From Octopus sinensis (lineage: Eukaryota): DNA of 64,000 bases. A program made the translations under genes and the position numbers. Positions 1 to 11,500 of the stretch are shown in pieces; within the stretch, counting starts at the first letter, position 1, and every line of letters starts with the position of its first letter. The stretch spans positions 71,548,001 to 71,612,000 of the forward strand of contig NC_043008.1 of assembly GCF_006345805.1 (NCBI RefSeq), read 5' to 3'. Below the pieces are notes generated by a model. It made no database searches and was not told where the DNA came from. It saw nothing but the letters and a program-made list of their open reading frames with translations.

Positions 1-140
1 AAATTTTAGGGGAGGGGGTCAGTCGTTTAGATCGACCTCAGTACGCAACTGGTACTTAATTTATCGAAACCTAAAGGATGAAAGGCAAAGTCGACCTCAG
101 CGGAATTTGAACACAGAACGTAAAGACAGACGAAATACCG
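1..140 (-). mobile_element. tRNA-derived SINE, family A (fragment)
   Basis: Reverse complement reads ...CGTTCTGTGTTCAAATTCCGCTGAGGTCGACTTTGCCTTTCATCC..., matching copies at 40077 and 46258; contains a B-box-like GTTCAAATTCC. Confidence 0.7.
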
Positions 141-269
141 ACGAGTATACCATTTGCGCACACATATATCGTTCAACATAATTTTCCAAACTGAAGGTTA
201 TATCAAACTGTGAAATGTGAAGCACTACGGTCTAATCTATTTATCTGATGAGGGTATAAAATAATATTA

Positions 270-483
270 ATTTCAAATTTTGGCACGAGACCAACAATTT
301 AAGGGAAGGGATAAGTCCATTACATCTAACCCAGTACTCAACTTGTTCTTATGTTATAGACACTGAAATAAAGAATGGCAAAGTCTCACCTCGACGGAAT
401 TTGAAATAAAAACGTAAAAACTGTTGAAACACCAGTAAACATTTTACCCGGCACGCATAAGATTTTGCCAGCAGTCTGCCTTA
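270..483 (-). mobile_element. tRNA-derived SINE, family A (diverged)
   Basis: Similar to the 1-140, 40077-40262 and 52765-52952 copies. Confidence 0.65.
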
Positions 484-1135
484 GAATATCAAATGATACT
501 GGTGACAATTTCACTAGGTACATACAGCATATATTTTAATGTTGAGATGCTGTACAAAATCAGGTATTTAGCTATTAAGCTGGCATCAGATACATTGGTT
601 GGTGGTAATGAAATGAAGTGAATTCAGCAGGGAATTGAAACAGTAATCACTTTGCTCTTAACTTGATAAGAATGTCGTTCTTATGTCATGACTACTTAAC
701 GTAAAGATAGATTTATATCGGTTAGGCTGTTATTTATCTTAAATGCAAACGACTGCAGTTTGTAAGTAATTCTCCTTGCTTGAAAGGTGGGGGAGAAAGG
801 ACTAAAAAAGAAAATGACTTTGATAATAGACTTCAGCTTGTGATTTATTCAGTAAGTTGTGTGGAGAGAAAGCAAGTATAGATCAAATTGCAAAACCTAA
901 CAAAACTATTAAAATTTCCAATCTTCCCCGCTGGACGGAAATTTCCCTAAAACCAACGTCTATAAAATATGTCTGCTCACATACTCTGGAAGAGATATTT
1001 TTTTCATTTTTTAATGTAAAATGAATAAGGGAATTTGATATAATTTCTAATGACAGTTTTGGAACTGTGATTTATGTAGTCGATACATTCAACGTACATA
1101 CACATAACATGCATATATATTTATACACACATGTG

Positions 1136-1182
<47 letters not shown>

Positions 1183-1300
1183 TTTTATTATTTTATATAT
1201 GTAAATATAAATGCATACGTGTGTTCAGATATAGTTCTATTTATTCACATTTATGTATGTATGTATTTATGTATTTATGTATATATGTATGTATGAATAT

Positions 1301-1333
<33 letters not shown>

Positions 1334-2055
1334 AATTTACGTAATGCATAGACTAGCATACATACACCTAAGCATGTCCCTCTATATAATATACACGCAT
1401 ATATATCCATATATATATATATATCCTTTCACACACGCATACACACACATACACACATGTACATACATATACATAAATAAATAAATACACACACACACAC
1501 ACAGATATATATATTGCCATATACTCATAGTTCTTTTACTAACGCTAAATTCTGTGCAAGAAGCATGTACTAAGTATATTCAGGTATTTTTAAACATGGT
1601 ATTTCTATGTTCTTCTTCTGTGGTGTTAAAGAAATGTATATTTACTTCTCTTTCTCTTTCTCCCTCCATATCTCTTTCACTCTTTCTCTTTCACTCTCAA
1701 TATATACATATTTAGCTTTTCTCTTGATCAATTATCTACGCTCCAAACCTGACCCAGCCATTCATATTATATACGATGCTAAACACGATTCTTTTATCTG
1801 ACACTGTCGTCATTTTTTAAAGCTATTGTGGCACCAGCGAAGGATTGTAGCCAATAATGCACTATTTCGTTCGAGTGCTTGTTGTTGTAGTTTATATTAT
1901 TACTGTTATTGTTCTTGGTGTTTTGCTTCACAGCACCTTTAATAGCGCAGATTCACGATCAAAGACACTTCAAACGTGAATATGCTGACTGTTTTCGAGC
2001 AATACATAAGTAAAGCTCAACCATCCCATGTAACTGACCCGTTTTATATTGCCAG

Positions 2056-2211
2056 GGTTTCCTCGGAGAGAGATATATCTCTGCTGTTTCTAGAACAGGA
2101 CCACCCAAAGAAAAGCTTGGTGTGGAATCCGAGCTCCTTTCTGTGGTGTTCCATGTAACTGAAAAGTTGATATCGAGAACTAATGGTGTGAACTGTATGA
2201 ACCAGGGAAAT
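2056..2211 (+). CDS. Candidate 156-nt phase 0-0 exon, product unknown (GFLGERYISAVSRTGPPKEKLGVESELLSVVFHVTEKLISRTNGVNCMNQGN)
   Basis: Branch-like CTGAC, acceptor TTTTATATTGCCAG, donor AT|GTGAGT, only one open + frame; no recognisable homology, and the minus strand is also open here. Confidence 0.25.
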
Positions 2212-2264
2212 GTGAGTAGATTAAGGAGAAATCTATAAATGCTTATATATCTGTGTGCTTTTAT

Positions 2265-2320
<56 letters not shown>

Positions 2321-2328
<8 letters not shown>

Positions 2329-2997
2329 ATGAGGGCGTCTGAGAGACACCAACATGCCGAAATAGCAGTCGAAATTCTGACTATAAAAACCACGTTAAGT
2401 GTTCATATCGTACCATGAGACAAGCCAGAGGGACAAAATATACAAGCAAAGTTATTGAATAATTCAAGATCCAGGATTTCTGGTTTTGCTTTAAATAAGC
2501 TTTACCGTCATCAATTGAATATATCAAGGGTACATAAATACAGATATATATATATGCAGAACAAACGATATACTTACATATACGAACGTCCATACATACA
2601 TACATATGTATGTATGCACACGGCCAGTTAAATTGCCCGCCAAAACACCCCATAAGCACGATATGGTTAAAATAAACACGGCAGTGAATATAATAACGAA
2701 TTATATAAATTTATATATGAGGATAATATCGATATTTAAGTATCAATATTATCAAGTGGCCAGCATGGAAAAAATACCGTACAAAGGTAATAATTTTTAA
2801 CAATTAAAAATGAGGGTGTCTGAGAGACACCAACATGCCGAAATAGCAGTCGAAATTCTGACTATAAAAACCACGTTAAGTGTTCATATCGTACCATGAG
2901 ACAAGACAGAGGGACAAAATATACAAGCAAAAGTTATTGAATAATTCAAGATCCAGGATTTCTGGTTTTGCTTTAAATAAGCTTTACCGTCATCAAT
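2321..2997. repeat. Direct duplication of ~195 bp (2321-2515 and 2802-2997)
   Basis: Near-identical by eye (a few substitutions and one A indel), spacing ~481 bp. Confidence 0.9.
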
Positions 2998-4015
2998 AGA
3001 AGAAAGAATCTCAGAAGGACACGGTGCATAAAATTACCCGGGATTATATCATTGTCAAGATTAATTGTCGGTATTAATTATTTTTTAATAAATCAGCTGG
3101 CTATTTTTGAGTATCTGAATAGACACAGATTCTTACTGCACGGTCATGCTTGTTTATATTTTTTAATGTCGGATGCTGATATTTGATTGTGGGGTTTATC
3201 TGTAGACTTATATTAGCCTTTATAAGTTAGACATTTGACTCTAGAAGTGATAGGGTTTCTCGTTTTGTTTAATAATTATCTTTTATGGTTATTCTGGTTT
3301 AGGTTATTCAAATTATTGAAAATAGATTTCAGGTTAGGATTATGGCCTACATTGTTACTTTGTTACTTTGTCGGTAAAGCATAAGTGCATTCCTTTAGTA
3401 ATTCTGAGTCGATTTTAACAATACATTCAGATGTACGTGCCAGAATTGGAAAATATAGAAACAACTGATGAATCATATAACAACATATAGATGATAAAAG
3501 ATGTATAAAGGGATGAGGAATATTAAACTGTATATAAGATATATTTCTCTGGTAAAAACGCTATATCTAAAACATCTGCTAAAAATATAATTAAATGTAT
3601 ATATAAATAGAACTTAAAAATTTATCAATTCAAACTCACATACACATATACCCATTGACACCTGTCCCCACACACAAACGCACATGCACATATACACATA
3701 CATACGTATGTATGTGTACCTATATAAAAATATACGTGAATGAATATATATATATATATATGTATATAAGTATGAATACATGTATATGTATACATGTACG
3801 TATATATGTGTGTGTGTGTGAGCGTTTGTGTGTATGTGTGTGTGTGTGTGTGTATGCGATGCAACACAAAGTTTTGTCAGTGAACAGGTCGCGGTTTGAA
3901 AGCGACGAAAATAATTTGATTTAAATTAAATTTAAATGTTGAAGTGAACTAACGGATTTTTGCATGTTCTTAAATGGCTTAAAAACATCTTCTACGATGC
4001 AATTATTATTATTAT

Positions 4016-4757
4016 TATTTTGTGCCCATTATTTCAATGAGCCTGTTAAACTTTTTTATATTCTCAACATACTCTTGTCACCAAAGAATGTATATATATA
4101 TATATATATAACGGACAGGTCAGTTTTAGCTTCACCACTATTATAATGTAAACCTTTTGAACTCATAATATTCTGTACGTGTATACTGAACTTTTTTAAT
4201 AATTCTTCTTGTAAATTATCTTGAGATGTATAATATATTTGTTGTAATCTTTTGTGCCCATTATTTCAATGAGCCTGTTAAACTTTTTTATATTCTCAAC
4301 ATACTCTTGTCACCAAAGAATGTATATTTATATGGATTATAGTATTCTGTGTCAACCAATATGTTGGTATTGTATCTGTATATTCAAACATGCACAGAAG
4401 TGCATGTTTGAATATACAGACACAATACCAACATCAATTCCTTCTGGAAACTATCTTAAGTATGTCCTTGAGAACGATTATTTATGTAGTAATCTTTTGT
4501 GCCCAATATCTTAAGGAACTTGTTGAACTTTTTTATGACCTTAACATGTCCCTGTTACCAAAGACTGTATATATGTAATGTAGCAATTTGCAACAACCAA
4601 TAATTAACGCAACCAAACTTCTACATGTTACTTATGACAATCTTTTTCCAAAGAGTGAAACCGGTAAAGTAAATAAACATCTTTTAAATTGCATTTTCAA
4701 ACCTTCTTTCTTATATAATTCCACTCGTGCGGTACTCCAGAATTCCATTTTGTTATA

Positions 4758-4760
<3 letters not shown>
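4016..4760 (+). repeat. Dispersed repeat family with internal subrepeats (also at 30152-31506 and 42760-43060)
   Basis: Three TTTTGTGCCC...CCAAAGAATGTATAT subunits, plus a shared end TTGCATTTTCAAACCTTCTTTCTTATATAATTCC. Confidence 0.75.
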
Positions 4761-4855
<95 letters not shown>

Positions 4856-4857
4856 AA

Positions 4858-5148
4858 GGAGCACTTCGTCGGTTACGACGAAGACGATCCCAGCTGATAC
4901 GTTCAATGGAACAGTCTGCTAGTGAAATTAACGTGCAAGTGATTGAGCAATCCACAGACACGTGTACCCCTAACGTAGTTCTCAGGGAGACTCAGCATGA
5001 CAAGGCCGGTCCTTTGAAGTACAGGAGCAACTCATTTGAGTAGACTGGAGCAACGTGAAATAAAGTGTCTTGCTCAAGGACTGAACGCATCGGCGGGAAT
5101 CGAACTGACGATCGTGAGCCGAATACCTTAACCGCTAAGCCACGTGCC

Positions 5149-5152
<4 letters not shown>
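4858..5152 (-). mobile_element. tRNA-derived SINE, family B
   Basis: Minus strand has A box TGGCTTAGCGG and B box AGTTCGATTCCC, followed by CCTTGAGCAAGACACTTTATTTCACGTTGCTCCAGT (typical conserved SINE central domain). Confidence 0.75.
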
Positions 5153-5238
<86 letters not shown>

Positions 5239-5889
5239 ACATATATATACATATACATATACATATATATATACATATATATATATATATGTATGTATGT
5301 ATGAATAAATAAATGTGAGATTTTTGCTACCCTGATAACTATCTATTTATTTTTCCGTGTTTATTGTTAACAAGGCAAAAATACACTCATCTATTTATAT
5401 ATCTATCTATCTATATATTTAATCATATCAAAGGGAAATGGAATTTAATTAAACTTAAAAGCATTGTCTGCGCAGCAAATTCGAAACGTTAGCTCGTATA
5501 AACACGAGACAGGTAGCTTTGTTTGTCTCGTATGGATATTTTAGCACCAGGTTGGACCTGCTAAAGAAAATCAAACCTTGTGAGTTCTCCATGATTCGCT
5601 AAAAGATGATTAGAAACCAATTGGTCCAGGAAACTTGATGATAAATGTTTTTCATTTTTCACAGCTATTCAAAGGGCTGCACAAGCATTTGAGGGTTTGG
5701 AGTCACGCGTTTGACACCAACGTCATATAGATAGCAACAGAAAATTGGCTCTTTACAAATCGTTTGTCTTACCATCCATGTTGTATTTTTTCTGAAACAT
5801 GAACGTGCTTTAAAAGATATTTCAAATTGCTATAACGATTCCATTAAAAATGAATTCACTGCGTTTTAAACATTAATGGGGTTTCTTTT

Positions 5890-6570
5890 ACTCCAGACAC
5901 AGATGTGTGTGCGTCTGCTTGCATCACTTCAATTAAATCAATGATTATGAAAAACCAAATGAGATGGTCTGGCCATATTGTTTGAATGGCTGATGAACAC
6001 ACATTCAAACAGCTGTCTTATGGCGAGCTTGCAGAGAGGAAACGATATCAGTGTAACCCTAAAAGGAGGTTTAAGGATGACATAAGGACTAGCATGAAGT
6101 CACTTGGAATTGATTTAAAGGCCATAGAAACCCTTGCTTCGGATCGTGCTGGATGGCAAAAAAAAGTGTGGAGTGGGGTTAAAGCGTTTGAGGAGGCCAG
6201 AATAACATATGCAAGACACAGGAGAGATTTAAAGAAGAATGTTGCGATCTCAGAGATTTTTTGTGCGCACACTTTGTAACAGACCATGCCTTTCTTTCGC
6301 TGGGCTAAATTCTCATTTTCGGAGGCATGAAAAACGAACATCCAAAAAACATTTTACCTATATATCGGTGCACACCTTTCAATGACGAGTATGCCATAAG
6401 GTCTGCAAATCTAATAAAGGCTTCAAAAGAAATTTTAAGATCCACAAAGATAAGATCCTTACTCGGGGGTCGACGTCAGGTATGCAATCTATATGGGTGT
6501 CTTTTTAATACATTGTTTGGTTTAAAAAGCCACATCAGGCGTCATGTTGGATTTAAGGTGTAGGTACAAC
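5890..6570 (+). mobile_element. RTE-clade LINE 3' fragment (degenerate)
   Basis: MRWSGHIV*M...YGEL...KRRFKD...ASDRAGW motifs; terminal C2H2-like CNLYGCLFNTLFGLKSHIRRH; in-frame TGA at 5983. Confidence 0.85.
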
Positions 6571-6617
6571 AGGTGGTCAAAATCTGCATAAGGAGTAGAC
6601 AACCACTATATCTATCC

Positions 6618-6734
<117 letters not shown>

Positions 6735-6885
6735 CGTGTGTGTGTGTATGTGTGTGTGTGCGTATAAATATATATGCGTATATATATATGTGTGTATGTG
6801 TGTGCAAGTGCATGTTTGTGTGCATGTGTGTGTATGGGTGAATAGATGTCTATGTTTATACGCACAAATATATATATATATATTA

Positions 6886-7531
6886 TGAGGGTGCAAAATA
6901 GCACCTACAATTGCTAGAAATGAGCGCCAAAATTTAACTCGCACAACCAAACAAAAGTACTAACCTCATGAAATATTCGGGACTACGAGGAGCAAGCCAT
7001 AACATCTTTCTTGGGCGAGATACACTTACAAAATGAAATAGTTTGATAAAACCTATTCACCTGATTTTTAAATTGGATCGACATGATCTTGTTTCTCGTC
7101 AGATGTTTTCACAATTACTCCGAGTTAAAAGAGATAGCTTGCATCCCACTTGTTTATGAGAAAAACCTTTGAAAAGCGAGCGCTAAAACGGTTGAAGTGT
7201 ATAGTAACATAGAACAAGATATTATAATAATATATTGGTTACATACAGTAAGGTATTATAATAATATAATGGAGGCAAGCAATCTCTTTTAACCCGGAGT
7301 AATTGTAGAAACCTCTGACGAGAAACAAGTTCTTGTTGTTCAAATTTCGAAATCACGTGAAATGGTTTTATCATGTTATTTCATTTTGTTGGTATATCTC
7401 ACCGAAGAAAGATGTTGCAGCTTGCTGCTCTCAGCTCTGAATACTTCATGAGGTTAGTGTTTTTGTGCGACTGTTCGAGTTAGATTTTGGCTATCATTTC
7501 TAGCAATTGTCGGTGATATTTTTCACCCTTA
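6886..7531. mobile_element. Mariner-type MITE with ~150 bp imperfect TIRs
   Basis: 6886-7040 is an inverted copy of 7376-7531; the end TA|TGAGGGTG resembles mariner TA|CGAGGG. Confidence 0.65.
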
Positions 7532-7705
7532 TTTATGAATCTTACCTTTTTGGTTTCAATTGCTGTAGCCGCCTATATTTTAAGATATTTAATATATCTT
7601 AACATATTAATATTTTATTATATATTGCCCCAGCATGGCCACAGCTCATGAGCTGAAACTAGAATCAATCAATCAATCAATCAATTATTGTATGTTGTAT
7701 ATGTG

Positions 7706-7754
<49 letters not shown>

Positions 7755-7755
<1 letters not shown>

Positions 7756-8030
7756 ACGGGAAGCTTTATGAAAATAAACAAAAGACGAAGGCAGGTGGAA
7801 TACAAACAAACAATTGTATTAGTATGGCGCTCAGGAATATAAATAAAACAAGTCTTTTACGTTTCGAGCCTACGCTCTTCAACAGAAAGATACACAGAAA
7901 AGAAACACAGAAAGAAACAGGGACAGAAAAAAATGCGTGCAGAGGCTAGCGAATCAACATGGCGATCTGATTTCGGCCAGAAGTCAAAGATCAAACGTGA
8001 GACGCAAGAGCGAAATTAGGAGAGATAACA
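7755..8030 (-). mobile_element. Non-autonomous Penelope-like/retrozyme-like element
   Basis: Contains a hammerhead motif; 3' end abuts (TA)n; the same 3' end recurs inverted at 14088-14176. Confidence 0.55.
7853..7890 (-). ncRNA. Minimal type I hammerhead-like motif, A6U core variant
   Basis: UCUUU-CUGUUGA-A-GAGC-GUAG-GCUC-GAAA-CG-UA-AAAGA: 5 bp helix I, 4 bp helix II, palindromic ACGU helix III. Confidence 0.6.
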
Positions 8031-8424
8031 GGGTTAAATGACCTCGCCCCAACATAAGAGTGTGTGTGTGTATGAGAGAGTATGTAGTGCGTATGAGAGG
8101 TCTGGACGTGTGTATGTATATATGATGTGATGTGTAAAGTCGTATGGTGTAGTGTAGAGAGAGAAGATGAGGGGGAGAGGGGAGGAGGAGGGAGGAGGTA
8201 AGGGGGAGGAGGCGGAGTGAGAGGAGAGGAGAGATGAGGGGATAGTGGGGAGGGGGAGAATGGGAGAGAGGAAGAGGGGGAAAGGAAAGAGGAGGGGAAA
8301 AGGAAAGAGGAGAAGAGGGGGGAGAAGGGGAAAGGATATATATATATATTTATAGCCTGTCCTTGTATGAAACGATTGTACTAAAAACCTATCCATTCTT
8401 GTTGCTTCTTTCTCGCGTATATTT

Positions 8425-8477
<53 letters not shown>

Positions 8478-8512
8478 TATATATATATATATATGTATAC
8501 ATATATGTATAT

Positions 8513-8588
<76 letters not shown>

Positions 8589-11500
8589 TGTGTGTATGTG
8601 TGTGTGTATATATGTGTGCGTGTGTGTACGTATGTATGCATGCCTGTAAGTATGCATATTCATAGAATTTCCTGTTCCCTAAACTATGCAACTCTTTTCT
8701 ACGTCCTGAACTATTGTTAGGAAAGATAAAACCATTCTGTTGTGTGGTCAGTTTGACAGAGAAAAAGAGAGTGTGATTTGATAATAAATTGTTTTGCTGC
8801 CGTAACACAAATTATTGATACGGAAATAGGAACATTTGAGCCCTTCCTTTGATAATCCATAAAATATCTTTTTGGGCTGGCCACAACTACCTTTATATTA
8901 CATGGCTGTAAAAAGAACGTTAAAAAAAGGCAAAAATATCCAAATTTCGTCTTCATTTGACAACTATTATCAGACCATGTATCTTTTTCTCTCTCGAAAA
9001 CCTAACTATGGCTACTGCTATGACGATATTCTGCTAAACCTCATTATTGACTCAGCACATAACATGACTATTTTCGTTTTTGAGGAACAAAGCAGAAAGC
9101 AGTTTTCACTTGGTGTCACATAGCTGTTAACCTATCTAAATTATTTAGTTTATCTCTCTAGACGCCATTTTATTTCTTCTTTTACAAATTTCTTATTCAA
9201 TTTTACATTTATCCTGTCATCACATCTTGTGCTATGTTTGAATACTCTGTCTTGAAGTTATATTGCTATGTCCATGAAGTGTCAGAAGATATCACACTTT
9301 CTTTTCTTTTGCGCTGAGCTAGATATATTTTATTTTCTTATGTGTTAGGCTTCTGGTATTTGGTCTTTTTAAGTAACAAATTTACTCATACATCGAGGAA
9401 GATCGAATTGTTGACAGATAAGTGTCTTGGTCAGAGAACATTACAGTGACCTATGCCACATTCTAGTATCTTCAGTGAGTTAAATGTCATGAGCATAGAT
9501 ACAGTTAGCAGTTATGGCTACACGTACACCTAATATCTCAATCGAGTTCACTCCACTTCCTTCTTTTCGACTCTCCATAATATTCAGTAGTAGATGAGAT
9601 GCATAACAATTTAAATACTACATGGATTTCTTGTGTGATACCACAGCTTGGCCATGAGTACACACACTAGTAATCCTGTTATTGCATGCCATACCTATTG
9701 GCACCACAAGTTCTAAATGAATGTTTGAATATGTTGTCGGATGTATACCTTCAGCAGAACATTTATTAAATATAATAAAATCTGAAAACGCATGTAATAG
9801 AAATGGTGGATTCTGCTATCATAATGACGAATAAAAGAAATGGAAAATCTTTCACTCTCTATCCCTTGTGCGCTCTCTCACTATCTCTCACTCTCACTGT
9901 ATACACATGTTTATATTTATGAATACATACATAACAACACACACACACACACAAATGGATAGATAGACACAGACTGACAGATAGCTAGGATAGATAGATA
10001 GATAGATAGATAGATAGGTAGGTAGACATGCATTCATATATTATTACGCATACATATGCAATATTTATATATACTTGTATATGTACCTGTGTATTGGATT
10101 TCGTTTATGCATCAAAATATGTTAATATTATGTACTAAATAATAATAAATAATATGACTGTATTCTACATATACGCACTCTATGTGTATAATCATATCAC
10201 ACCTTCAACTAAACACCTTAATACAAAAGCGAAGAACGATGGTGAGACACAAAGAAAATGGAAAATCAACTGATTTCACGGAGACTTTCATTATCTTCCA
10301 GCGGGTGACTTCTATTTACTGTCAATCAACGGACGATATTAGAGACTTAACTCAACATGGCAATCATCACCCACCTGTATTACTCACCTTGAGGGAGACT
10401 CACAAACCAGAGATGGTAATATTATTACTCAACCGGTAATTATTGCTCAACCCGTAAGAAGTGTGGCGAAAAATCTTCTTCCCCTCACATCCTACAATCT
10501 TAAATTAGAAGAATGATTTTCTTACTGTAAATTTAAATACACTTCAGTTTCTAATAAGTTGTAGTGGTCACAGTTAGAACGTCTTTGATCAGAAAATTCC
10601 CGGAGATAAGTAATTATATAAAAACCACAGCATCTATAAGTGTTTTCTGGGCTCTCAGGAGTTCCACCCCAACAATGAGATGCTAATATTCAGCCACTCC
10701 ACTCTAAATTTTATTTTGCCGATACGAGCAGCTACACATGTAGTTGCTTATTATTCCAGTTAAGTAATGCGCTTGAAGAAGACTGATTATGGAAACTCGC
10801 AAGCAATGAGAGTTGTCTAACATAACTCAACAAATTACTCTTATTCGCAGTTGTATAAGGTAGCATCAATTCAGGTAATTTCAGGTCCCTAAATAACCAG
10901 CGGAAAGGGATATGTACTTAAGAGTAGCCTGACACTGTTAGATTCTATGAACGCGTCTACTGCAGGGTATCGATTCTACTTCCAAAGAAAAATAGATTGC
11001 CCTTACAGGTCTAAAAGTGGAATTTTAACTTTAAACTCTTGACTTGGACACACAACACAACCCCACGTTTCAAATCAGCATTAACAAAGAGTGAAGACAA
11101 AATAATAGAATAGAAAGGTAGATGGTGTAAAGGTTTAAACCTTCTAAAATTCATTCCTTTCATGGTGAGGGAAATGTGAAAGAAAATTTGGGAGAATCTT
11201 TCTATTTTGTTGTTTTATGCAGTAGCTGGCTGCCCTCAGCCCTCCCAGCGGAATCTAAACTGCGTGTTTCTTTTTTGTAGTTATCCACTGTTCAGGATCT
11301 CCATTAATTCTGTCTAAATAGATATGAAATAGGCTCTTCATAACCCTCCACATCACCAGCGATACTTTATTCACTCATCTGAATACCTGCATATATCTCT
11401 TATGCATATTCTGGTGGAAAGTGGGTAGTCATAATGTGCTGAGTGGTGGCTATTTTCTGTAATTTTGACTGATAACTGCAAGACATCCATTTATGAATAT

